A stretch of 64,000 nucleotides of DNA from positions 183,884-247,883 of IMG/VR virus record IMGVR_UViG_3300047321_000238; one strand, given 5' to 3'. Below are positions 28,501-36,260 of the stretch, piece after piece. Position 1 is the stretch's first letter. Each line of letters begins with the position of its first letter. The notes under the pieces were generated by a model. That model made no database searches and was not told where the DNA came from. It was given only the letters and a program-made list of their open reading frames with translations. A program made the position numbers and the translations under genes.

Positions 28501-29224
28501 AACCTACTTTTTCATGAGCAAATAAACCATTAATAAATACCTTATCCGTAACAGTGTTAGGAACTAAGAATTGTATTAAACTATCAACTCTTGACCAGTA
28601 GTAAGGATTGTTCAATGTTATAGAATCACTTGCATAATGTTCTCTATTACATACATATAAAACTCCAGTAGGATCAGTTACTCCTTGTTGATAATAATAT
28701 AATGTTCCATTTGTCCATGGCAGTATAGGAGTATTAGCAAATAAGAATTTACTAAAGTTATTAAGCACTGCATGTTCAGCATATTCTAATGGAGAGATAG
28801 CTAAGAAGTCTTCAAACATTGAAGTATTAGAATCTTCTGTATCTGATAGTGTTGACTTAATGGGAATGAATTGCCCATCTTTATAATATGTTAAAATACC
28901 AGAACTATTAATCCATAATTGGCCTTCTACTGGACTTGTAGGTTCTGATGAATCTAGCATATGAGTTATTAATTTGAACCTATCACCAAATAATAGTTTC
29001 CATGTTCCACTATCATAGTATTTCAAATCAGCGTTGTCATTGTCGTTATATTTGTCTAACCATAAAGCACCGTTTTGTATACCATCGGAAGTTGAAAATG
29101 TTTCAGGACCTTTGGTAAAATCGCTTGGATGATTAAAATAATATTCCATAGCTTTGAAAATATCGTAATGAGTTGAATTCATTAAGACTTCGTTTTGACG
29201 ACCTATATCAAATTTTCTTGACAT
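25517..29224 (-). CDS. Large virion/baseplate-associated structural protein
   Basis: 1235 aa; SSEPTSPVEGQLW motif; repeated (V/I)(F/Y)xNGxRQ beta modules. Confidence 0.65.
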   Translation of the reverse strand: MSRKFDIGRQNEVLMNSTHYDIFKAMEYYFNHPSDFTKGPETFSTSDGIQNGALWLDKYNDNDNADLKYYDSGTWKLLFGDRFKLITHMLDSSEPTSPVEGQLWINSSGILTYYKDGQFIPIKSTLSDTEDSNTSMFEDFLAISPLEYAEHAVLNNFSKFLFANTPILPWTNGTLYYYQQGVTDPTGVLYVCNREHYASDSITLNNPYYWSRVDSLIQFLVPNTVTDKVFINGLFAHEKVGSVLDDIKETLYKSFGLTFGYEDDSVIHDSLRFDIDNDAGYYDTATLLVDGATDIPSDTVDIKPITEDEGYIANTNIALYIPESDLMRDKDDAGSYLDNDEYHYGKDEAYKMVSAIHVNPVRVDKITKHFIKLDKTSKIVPIIKENTEFYGIIDGIGTLLFETTSDTVYDYCSALYNNNVCIKISDKVAMKYDYIYAIHYDFISSAKKVGLLYRKKVQLNDETSIYIGKENDRFIAVFAQGLFYQQADDTYTYNYDTEYIEFKDKLLVSPDERMDISVLKFPNLFKGTITTDSYNAASYISGRGYRIDINAIPYNTAHCMCFISGIQVDPLNDFAFYPDDLTAVYFTNFTQAYVDAHNGEIDWVIAETDWFEDSTLTLEMYRGTTTAINVNSEVGIKITRDKNQVTPDILFLDYTESPILFVDGILVSQKDVNIFEDYLSVDGLVAGQNVVMLADINSNISIDDIIEKTELLINLQNQAPLEEDVTKRQIIESMTDPNTGVEVLTEFIYEDLRYLHTIYNFSALAGLNSDNVLFEDNISSVVVKTERNDTTVLYVKDGLICDTDAVTVTTLSEEGVHGEIKHLFNTVQDKWVMYSDYTSMWETITETEAAIIMSNANGYTSYNNNVTILKDLVDQKYCTYFAYVYSDTVEKQLLTGFVDPDGQMGINDGVSDFKLSPKHYYSPGRNELTVYLNGIRQNLVSPFEAGFNESTNRECNLIGTNSFVLAHENGSNLGKAINAYDGYYTYKTVKDGSTDYLYKKVELTDVELQAIKDLGSTITLVSSPNKNTIYYVIEPCETGESMACDRTVLTYKDALSSKGAYANNTYSNKSLNLNKGNIKVFINGLRQPYGAYADIDGNMIEAYTVIDSHTIQVQYPLIGGHGTNLGDEVTPLFPYNPSSVKDFYKVIDSITVESRTDLGLREATLTLKYGQTSFGVADGLPEDLFKSKDTIMIYINGYAYGNTYKNEYKTITLQDTKIENLIDNSGNNFITFEWR

Positions 29225-29294
29225 TATTTACGTTCACCTCTTTCTATGAATTTCTATAATAATATTACTGTCTGAAAGTTACATCTTCATATTA

Positions 29295-29927
29295 TTATAG
29301 ATGTATTATAAAATTTAAAAGATTGTTATATATCTTCTTTGATATTGCATTGATACCTATAAGACTTTTAGTTCTAATTCTATTAAGACCTGGATAGTTA
29401 ATATTAATCCAATTATTCAAATCATATAAACTATTATTAATAAAAGAGAAATAGTTTTTATAAATCTTAGATTCATTAGAAGAAGGGTTGTCCATATCAA
29501 TAGGAGTTCTGTTATAAGCTTTTAATGTATCATTAGTCATGAGTAATAAAGACTTAAATTTAGGAGCAGTAATTGCCTCTGTATCTTCATTAACAGCTAA
29601 CAATGATTCTTTGTAGTTAAACATAAAAGTTTTTTCAGAACTAAAACTTTCATCACCATATGTTCTAATAGAGACTACGTTCTCTCCTTCGCATATATCT
29701 TGAGATACAAATGAAACTTTATCAAATGGTTTAAATGCAATTGCACTAAACAATTCAGGATTTCTTGTGCTAGTGTAATTGAATACTCCTGTATTATTAC
29801 TTACTGTTACATATATGATTATTAAACCATTACCATCATTTAAGTTAAATAGTATTCTTGCATCTTTGCAATAAAGTGTACTGTTGTTAATTGGAGCTAC
29901 TAATGTAACTGGTTCTAATACGCCCAT
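29295..29927 (-). CDS. Putative virion protein with an Ig/FN3-like N-terminus
   Basis: PVTLVAPINNS start and beta-rich first half. Confidence 0.5.
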   Translation of the reverse strand: MGVLEPVTLVAPINNSTLYCKDARILFNLNDGNGLIIIYVTVSNNTGVFNYTSTRNPELFSAIAFKPFDKVSFVSQDICEGENVVSIRTYGDESFSSEKTFMFNYKESLLAVNEDTEAITAPKFKSLLLMTNDTLKAYNRTPIDMDNPSSNESKIYKNYFSFINNSLYDLNNWININYPGLNRIRTKSLIGINAISKKIYNNLLNFIIHL

Positions 29928-29944
29928 TATTTATCACCTCGTTT

Positions 29945-29974
29945 TATATTACTACGAAAATTAAGAGTATGTAT
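29945..29974 (-). promoter_or_regulatory. Putative phage late promoter
   Basis: ATACATA-N15-GTAATATA. Confidence 0.5.
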
Positions 29975-29989
29975 ATGCTACATACTCTT
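29963..29989 (-). terminator. Terminator closing the sensor-holin unit
   Basis: 11-bp stem AAGAGTATGTA/TACATACTCTT. Confidence 0.7.
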
Positions 29990-29993
29990 CTTT

Positions 29994-30338
29994 TTACTTT
30001 TGTTTATCGCCAAAATCTGTATCTGAATCATCTAACTTGATACTTTTTGCACTTGCGAATAGTTTTACACCAATCTTTAATACTAGTTTCATTAAGTCAA
30101 ATCCAAAAAGCCCTCCGATTCCAGCAGCAATTGTTAGAGAATTCATATCTGTCCATCCCAAATATTTAGATGCAATTAACGCAAAAATCCACCCACTGAA
30201 TCCATGTAAAATAATTTCTCCAAAAAATATATTAAATGATTCGTTAGTTTTAGATTTATCATTTATCTCCTTAGCTAGAGCTCCAAAAAAAGAGATCATA
30301 AGTGTATATATTATATTGGAGAAGCCGTTGTTATTCAT
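29994..30338 (-). CDS. Holin-like membrane protein
   Basis: Three TM segments (ISFFGALA, ILHGFSGWIFALIA, IAAGIGGLFG) and a charged C-terminal tail. Confidence 0.7.
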   Translation of the reverse strand: MNNNGFSNIIYTLMISFFGALAKEINDKSKTNESFNIFFGEIILHGFSGWIFALIASKYLGWTDMNSLTIAAGIGGLFGFDLMKLVLKIGVKLFASAKSIKLDDSDTDFGDKQK

Positions 30339-30364
30339 TATAGCAGCATCTCCTTTCATACTTA

Positions 30365-31141
30365 TTATACTTTTTTGTTTAGATACACGTATATTATTAA
30401 GTTAAATATACATACAGCTACAGACATCGAAACAAATAACTGCGTTTGTTCGATAGTCTTGTCGATAGTTTCGAAGTTCTTTGTAAATGTGCTTTGAACT
30501 TCGTCTTGTTGTGTCCCCAGAGCGATTAACAATTTACTATACTTTTGATTAGGTATTCCACCCACGGTAATTGGCTCTGCGTTGAAACCAAGTGAACCTG
30601 GAGGTATAACTATCCATTCTAAATATTCTGGTGATCCATCAAAGTTCCACCAATTATTATCTAAAGTAGTTAATGTGCTTTGAGCTAATCTCATTTTATC
30701 TAATATGATTTTAGCTTGTGCTGGATCATAATGCATTCCTGCTTCATCTTTCATGAATCTACCGTTAGTTATAAAATCTGTTTTAGCACAATCGGGACTT
30801 CCATCCCAGATGAATTTTTCATTGCCTAGATTTATCATAAAGGCATCACCTGTATTTCCACCATTTAATACTCCAGATATATTTCTTTTAGCCCACGATT
30901 GTAATGATAGTTCATTAGATGGATCAACTGTTCCATTATTCATATCATACATAAATTGAGCTTCAAGATTAGAGAGAGTTCTTTTTGCTTGTTGTCGCCA
31001 TTCAGTTTCAATATTTGTTTTCAAACTTTCTTTGGTAGATTTTAAACTGTTTACGATACCACTTCCAACAAAAAATATAGTAAGACAAATAACGAATGCA
31101 ATGACATTGATTATATTTTGCATATATCTTTTTTTAAACAT
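30365..31141 (-). CDS. Two-TM membrane protein with an approximately 200-aa extracytoplasmic domain (Cache/PDC-like pattern) and no cytoplasmic output domain
   Basis: Hydrophobic segments near aa 10-30 and 234-253; long helix after TM1; central beta strands DAFMI, FIWD, LEWIVIP and LLIALG. Confidence 0.6.
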   Translation of the reverse strand: MFKKRYMQNIINVIAFVICLTIFFVGSGIVNSLKSTKESLKTNIETEWRQQAKRTLSNLEAQFMYDMNNGTVDPSNELSLQSWAKRNISGVLNGGNTGDAFMINLGNEKFIWDGSPDCAKTDFITNGRFMKDEAGMHYDPAQAKIILDKMRLAQSTLTTLDNNWWNFDGSPEYLEWIVIPPGSLGFNAEPITVGGIPNQKYSKLLIALGTQQDEVQSTFTKNFETIDKTIEQTQLFVSMSVAVCIFNLIIYVYLNKKV

Positions 31142-31176
31142 AGAATAATCTCCTTTCTTATATATTTGACTCGTTA

Positions 31177-31206
31177 TAAATTACTATGATATTCCATTAT
31201 ATTAAC
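31177..31206 (-). promoter_or_regulatory. Putative phage late promoter
   Basis: GTTAATA-N15-GTAATTTA. Confidence 0.6.
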
Positions 31207-31224
31207 ATGGCTTGTACGTAAAAG

Positions 31225-31248
31225 AAAAAAGACTATTGCTAGTCTCAT
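31225..31248 (-). terminator. Intrinsic terminator
   Basis: AGACTA-N4-TAGTCT stem with a T tract on the minus strand; near-identical to 36222-36247. Confidence 0.7.
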
Positions 31249-31249
31249 T

Positions 31250-32395
31250 TTATTCCCAAATTTCGTAAGTAATTGTAGCATTAGCTGGATAAAATCCACT
31301 AGTTGCAGTGATAGTAGTTGAAGTGCAAGTAATATTAGCTACGGATCCAGAGCCAGCCCAAAAAACACCTGATATACTAGGATAAGAATAATGCCCACCA
31401 GACACGGCTGAAGATGTCATATAAATAAAACGTGCTGTAAAAGGCAATGTAAAAGTTGCTGCTGTTGAAGTCACATAATTAAATGTTCCTGTAGCATATC
31501 TTTTCCCACCTAAACTTGCTATTGTCAATGAACCTGTTACTCCGAATATGCTCTTACCACTAGGTATATTACTAGCTATAAAGTTAGCATCATAAGCATA
31601 TACCCAACAATTAGCATCACCACTCCAATATCCTTGAGCTGGCTTTAGGTAAACTGTTCCAACGGCGTTTAATCCAGTACTTATACACGCTTCTTGTTCA
31701 TGTGTAGCCATTATTCCAGTTAGTCCAATTCCATTAGCACTATTAAAAGTAGAACCAGCTAACACTTGAGCTGTAGTTGCAGTACCTGTAGTAGCTGCTA
31801 TTGTTTGTGCTCCACTAAGATATTGATTAGTAGCTATTGTTTGTACCGCGGTGCTTGGATTGTAAGTTTGTGCAGTCTTACTAGACATAGTCCCAACTAA
31901 TCCCGTATCATCATCATTGCTAAAAGTTTTACCAGCTAGAACATTAGCAATTACTGCTGTGCCCTCTGTACTAGCTTTGATAAAAAAATTATCACCACTT
32001 AAGTTGTACCATACGGTATAAGCCTTTCCTAAAATTAAGTTAGGTGCTAAAACTGTATTAGGCTTGTACAAAGGCTTTCCATTAATTGTTGTAGCAACTC
32101 CACCATTACTTGCACTTGCTATAAAAGTTCTATTATAACCATTTGTTAATGTTCCAAAAGTTAAAGTAATAACTGTTCCAGTTCCACCTGCTGTTTCATA
32201 TGCAGAGTCAGATGGCTGAATGGAATTGACAACTACAGTTAAATTATCTAAGTCTAATTGTTTTGCAAAACCAATATTTCCAGAATCAGAGCCAACATAA
32301 AACTCTTCTGTATCAGTAGTGAAAGCTGGCTCGCCTACACTTAATGTAGGAAGATTAGCTTTAGCTCCTCTTTTCATTTGTATTTTTTGACTCAT
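31250..32395 (-). CDS. Tail fibre / receptor-binding protein with an Mtd_N-like N-terminus
   Basis: MSQKIQMKRGAKANLPTLSVGEPAFTTDT; VLAGKTFS...GTM repeats; NIxxGxxIFGVTG; short C-terminal tip domain. Confidence 0.8.
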   Translation of the reverse strand: MSQKIQMKRGAKANLPTLSVGEPAFTTDTEEFYVGSDSGNIGFAKQLDLDNLTVVVNSIQPSDSAYETAGGTGTVITLTFGTLTNGYNRTFIASASNGGVATTINGKPLYKPNTVLAPNLILGKAYTVWYNLSGDNFFIKASTEGTAVIANVLAGKTFSNDDDTGLVGTMSSKTAQTYNPSTAVQTIATNQYLSGAQTIAATTGTATTAQVLAGSTFNSANGIGLTGIMATHEQEACISTGLNAVGTVYLKPAQGYWSGDANCWVYAYDANFIASNIPSGKSIFGVTGSLTIASLGGKRYATGTFNYVTSTAATFTLPFTARFIYMTSSAVSGGHYSYPSISGVFWAGSGSVANITCTSTTITATSGFYPANATITYEIWE

Positions 32396-32415
32396 TTATT
32401 ATTCCTCCTTTTTTA

Positions 32416-34107
32416 TTATCCAATTGCAAACCAAGAACACAGATGAGAACCATTCGACGTATATATTGGTAATGTAAATCCAGTACTTGATATAACTACT
32501 GGTGACGTATCTCCTCTCATGCAATAAGTTCCATATCCAGTATTACCTCCACTATCGTTAGTGTTCGAAAACGACCTAACTATAGCTCCAGCATATACTG
32601 GATCAGGTAATATTTTTTCATATATTGTAGAATAGGTCAGCGTAGTACCATCACGATATTTTAATGATATAAAAGTCGGCAAAAATGTCAAACCTGTTAC
32701 AGTTGCAGTAGCCATATATACTAGATTTCCATATACTGTAGTAAAAGCAATAGCACTTGCAGAAGATGTAACAGTACCACTTGCAAAATTTAAACCACCC
32801 ATATTTGCTGCTGTTGCTGTACCAATTACTCCAAATATATTTTTACCAGTTACTATATTAGCAGCTACTAACTCTGCTTCAGCAGCTTGAAGTTGTGTTG
32901 TTGGAACTTTTACTTCTGAAGATCCTCCTCCTGATCCAGAGAGATAGTAACCTGATTGAGCTAAATAAACTGCTAAAGCTCCATCGCCCCATTGAGAACA
33001 TGAACTTGATATATTAGCGGCTCCTATAGTTGCCATTGTTCCAGTAATTTTATTTCCATTTACATATGCAGTTTGACTTGCTAATATTTGTGGAGCTGTT
33101 GCAGTTGCATCGGAAGTGTAAGTCCCTGCTACATAATGTCCACTCCATCCAGCTTGTGCTCCTGCTTTTATATTACTAGGATATAGATTTGGAATATGAA
33201 TTCTTGATAAAGAACTTCCATTGTAATATCCTTCTGGAATATACATGTCCCATGCTCCAACTGACGTATTAGATGTGGCTCCTCCGCATAAAGCAGCACT
33301 TGCAGTAAATGCATCTATTGCAGAAGAACCTATTATTGTTCCAGATTTATTAACCATAGTACCTGTTAATTGTGCTCCATCTACAAATGCAATTTGACTT
33401 GCTAGTATCTGTGCTGCAGTTGCAGTACCAGGACTGGTATCAACAACATTACTATTTCCTGCTAATCCAAATACTGAAACTCCTGATTTTATATTAGTTG
33501 AAATAAAATTGCTATCAATAACTTGTGTGTTAGTTCCAGCTACTCCATCGTAATATCCAATTTTAGGACGAACATTTAACAGACCAGATCCATCAGTAAA
33601 AATAGCATCTGCTGTTGTTATTGTTCCAGTTCTATCTATCATAGTTCCAGTTAATCCTACATCACTATCATTGCTAAATGTTTTACTCGCTAGTACTTGA
33701 GAAGCAATTACATCTCCTTCAGCACTAGCTACACAAAAAAAACAACTACTTGCAGAATTGTACCAAATAGAATACGCCTTCCCAGCTACTAAATTCGGAG
33801 CTGTTGTTGTATTAGGTTTGTATAATGGATAGGTTGCATTAATAGTCGTTGCTGAACCACCATTATTAATATTTGCTATAAACTTTTTAGAATATCCACT
33901 TGTTAAAGTTCCAAGAGTTAGTATCATAGCAGTGCCTGTTCCACTCGCTGTTTCGTAAATCATTTCAGATTCTTTTATATATCGTATATTGCTTGTACCA
34001 TTGCCGACATATAAATCATTACTATCAGTAGTGAAAGCGGGTTCGCCTATACTTAACGTAGGAAGATTTGCTTTAGTACCACGTTTGAATAATATTTTTT
34101 GACTCAT
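32416..34107 (-). CDS. Tail fibre / receptor-binding protein with an Mtd_N-like N-terminus
   Basis: Same N-terminus; ATAxQILASQxA(F/Y)V repeats; VTGLTFLP tip domain. Confidence 0.8.
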   Translation of the reverse strand: MSQKILFKRGTKANLPTLSIGEPAFTTDSNDLYVGNGTSNIRYIKESEMIYETASGTGTAMILTLGTLTSGYSKKFIANINNGGSATTINATYPLYKPNTTTAPNLVAGKAYSIWYNSASSCFFCVASAEGDVIASQVLASKTFSNDSDVGLTGTMIDRTGTITTADAIFTDGSGLLNVRPKIGYYDGVAGTNTQVIDSNFISTNIKSGVSVFGLAGNSNVVDTSPGTATAAQILASQIAFVDGAQLTGTMVNKSGTIIGSSAIDAFTASAALCGGATSNTSVGAWDMYIPEGYYNGSSLSRIHIPNLYPSNIKAGAQAGWSGHYVAGTYTSDATATAPQILASQTAYVNGNKITGTMATIGAANISSSCSQWGDGALAVYLAQSGYYLSGSGGGSSEVKVPTTQLQAAEAELVAANIVTGKNIFGVIGTATAANMGGLNFASGTVTSSASAIAFTTVYGNLVYMATATVTGLTFLPTFISLKYRDGTTLTYSTIYEKILPDPVYAGAIVRSFSNTNDSGGNTGYGTYCMRGDTSPVVISSTGFTLPIYTSNGSHLCSWFAIG

Positions 34108-34142
34108 TTGTTATTCCTCCTTTTTCATTGGTTTAGTTAAAG

Positions 34143-34328
34143 TTATACTGTAGTATAAGAATCTAATAATGCTTTTAATTCATTGTATTGAGTAATTACT
34201 ATTCTATCTCCAGCTAAGAACAAATCTATAATGTTTTGCATTTCAACGACATCTAATGTAAGTTTATTAATAGCTGAATTAATTCTGTTTTTTAATACTG
34301 TTCCTAAAATCTCTTGTTTTTGTGTCAT
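34143..34328 (-). CDS. XkdX-like small fibre-associated protein
   Basis: IDLFLAGDRIVITQYNEL pattern; lies next to a fibre gene. Confidence 0.6.
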   Translation of the reverse strand: MTQKQEILGTVLKNRINSAINKLTLDVVEMQNIIDLFLAGDRIVITQYNELKALLDSYTTV

Positions 34329-34329
34329 A

Positions 34330-34755
34330 TTAAACAACTCCATTCTCTATATTTGTTAATTCATATTGTATAATTGCATTTTCAATATCATCAATACTAC
34401 TAGTGTTTTGGTTAACATATTCACTGATTGTGTTTATTCTACTTTCGGTAACTTGCTTATCTGCTATCACTTGAGCTTGACCATCTAATTCCTCTTGAGT
34501 ATATTTGATTACCTCAAAAGTTCTAGTTGACAAATTGACAGAATATGATTTTGCATTGTTAAACGTAGTCGCTAAAGTTCCATATTCTAATTCTATATAA
34601 TCTATCTCATCTATAAACTTGTCCTTTAATATATCATAAACTTCCATATCTCTTTCTTTTGTTGAAGGTTCTACACTTCCTTGCATTTCTGCAGTTACAG
34701 CTAGTACCTCTCCTGTTGCTATTAAGTAATATATCTTTGCACATATTTGATTCAT
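34330..34755 (-). CDS. XkdW-like tail fibre assembly chaperone
   Basis: KIYYLIATGEVL...IELEYG followed by a C-terminal coiled coil; directly downstream of a fibre gene. Confidence 0.65.
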   Translation of the reverse strand: MNQICAKIYYLIATGEVLAVTAEMQGSVEPSTKERDMEVYDILKDKFIDEIDYIELEYGTLATTFNNAKSYSVNLSTRTFEVIKYTQEELDGQAQVIADKQVTESRINTISEYVNQNTSSIDDIENAIIQYELTNIENGVV

Positions 34756-34778
34756 AATTTATTCCTCCATAATCATTT

Positions 34779-36149
34779 TTATTCATAAGCAAACCAGTTA
34801 CAAGCATTTTGTGCAACGCTAAAAGGCAATATAAAACCAGTAGAAGTTACACTTGCATGTGTAGTATCAGCTCTAAAAGCGGTTGTACCCATTGATAATG
34901 TTCCAGTATTTGTTGCAAAGCATTCAACAGTACTTCCAGCATAGTTAGAACTATAACCAGCAGACATATATAAAGTTCTCCACGAGTTACCTGCTGTTTT
35001 TGATATTATAAGTATTATTGATGGTAAAAAAGTTAAACCAGTTACTGTAACTGGCCAAGCAGCAGCAGTACCACTAGATATATATGCAAATGAAGATGAT
35101 GATGCTGCTGATGTTGCTGTACCACTTGCCATCTGCTTACCTCCTAAACTTGATACCGTTGCAGTTCCTGCTAATCCAAATATATTTGCAGTACTTAATA
35201 TGTTTGAAGCTATATAGTCAGCATCACTTTTATAAAGCCAAACATTGGTATCGTAATATCCTTTTGGCACATTATAAAATAAAGAATGTGTACCTAACCA
35301 AGTACTCAACGCTTCAAATCTTGCAGTAGTAGCTGCATCATCACCCAAGCCAGCATGACTTGCATCTGATACCATAGTTGTTCTATCAACAATATTTCCA
35401 GTTATTAAACTTCCATTTACATAACCAGTTTTCCCACTTAGTATTTGTGCAGCTGTTGCCGTTGCACTGCTTGTTTCTACTACGCTTGTTTTACCTGCAA
35501 CTCCAAATATATTAGCACCAGCTTTTATATTGGCAGATACTAAATCAGGATCACCTAATATAGTTTGTACATCACCAAGATATTGTCCTGCCGCTATAGT
35601 TTGATTAACTGTATTTGGAGTATAAGTTTGTGCAGTTTTAGTAGTAATTGTTCCTGTAATTTGTCCACTATTTACTGTAGCTGTTGCTGGAGCTAATATT
35701 TGAGCTGCTGTAGCTGTTCCACCTGTACTTGTACCACCACCTCCTTTACCCTGTAATATAAAAGAATTAGATACACTTTCATATCTTAAGTTTACGATTA
35801 AATTTAATCTTACATCAGTAACTGCTGCTCCTGAGTAGTCTAAAATACTTACATCGCCTAAAGTATTTACATTTAAAGTAATTGCTCCAGTACTAGCAGC
35901 ATTAAATTTAATAACAAAAAGATGGCCATCAGTTAATGTAATTATATTAGGTATAGTAACTGTATATGCATTTCCAGAATTAGTAGTTATATATACTGTA
36001 TTAATGTCAGAATCTTTTGCAATCCTTATATTGCTTGTGCCATTTCCTATATATATATCTTCTGTGTCTGTAGTGAAAGCAGGCTCTCCTGTATTTAACA
36101 TAGGAAGATTAATTTTAGTACCTCTTTTAAACAATATTTTTTGACTCAT
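34779..36149 (-). CDS. Tail fibre / receptor-binding protein with an Mtd_N-like N-terminus
   Basis: MSQKILFKRGTK...GEPAFTTDT; FILQGKGGG linker; tip domain paralogous to 32416-34107. Confidence 0.8.
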   Translation of the reverse strand: MSQKILFKRGTKINLPMLNTGEPAFTTDTEDIYIGNGTSNIRIAKDSDINTVYITTNSGNAYTVTIPNIITLTDGHLFVIKFNAASTGAITLNVNTLGDVSILDYSGAAVTDVRLNLIVNLRYESVSNSFILQGKGGGGTSTGGTATAAQILAPATATVNSGQITGTITTKTAQTYTPNTVNQTIAAGQYLGDVQTILGDPDLVSANIKAGANIFGVAGKTSVVETSSATATAAQILSGKTGYVNGSLITGNIVDRTTMVSDASHAGLGDDAATTARFEALSTWLGTHSLFYNVPKGYYDTNVWLYKSDADYIASNILSTANIFGLAGTATVSSLGGKQMASGTATSAASSSSFAYISSGTAAAWPVTVTGLTFLPSIILIISKTAGNSWRTLYMSAGYSSNYAGSTVECFATNTGTLSMGTTAFRADTTHASVTSTGFILPFSVAQNACNWFAYE

Positions 36150-36179
36150 ATTATCAAACCCCTTCTAAATCACTCATTA

Positions 36180-36209
36180 TAAATTACTTATATTACATAA
36201 GTTATTAAC
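36180..36209 (-). promoter_or_regulatory. Putative phage late promoter
   Basis: GTTAATA-N15-GTAATTTA, with a second GTAATATA inside the spacer. Confidence 0.6.
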
Positions 36210-36221
36210 ATAATTTTCTTT

Positions 36222-36247
36222 AAAAAAAAGACTATCGCTAGTCTTTT
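36222..36247 (-). terminator. Intrinsic terminator
   Basis: AAAAGACTA-TCGC-TAGTCTTTT. Confidence 0.75.
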
Positions 36248-36260
36248 AATCATTCTCAAA

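Noticed and set aside
29261-29290. Complete late promoter upstream of 25517-29224
   Set aside because: Only the GTAATATT element matches and the upstream element is poor, so it is not listed as a feature
35748-35766. Resemblance to a spliceosomal 3' acceptor (pyrimidine tract then CAG/G)
   Set aside because: Bacteriophage context and an uninterrupted ORF; treated as coincidence
31250-36149. Invertase-driven shufflon of fibre tips
   Set aside because: All genes are complete and co-oriented, with no recombinase gene and no inverted silent cassettes
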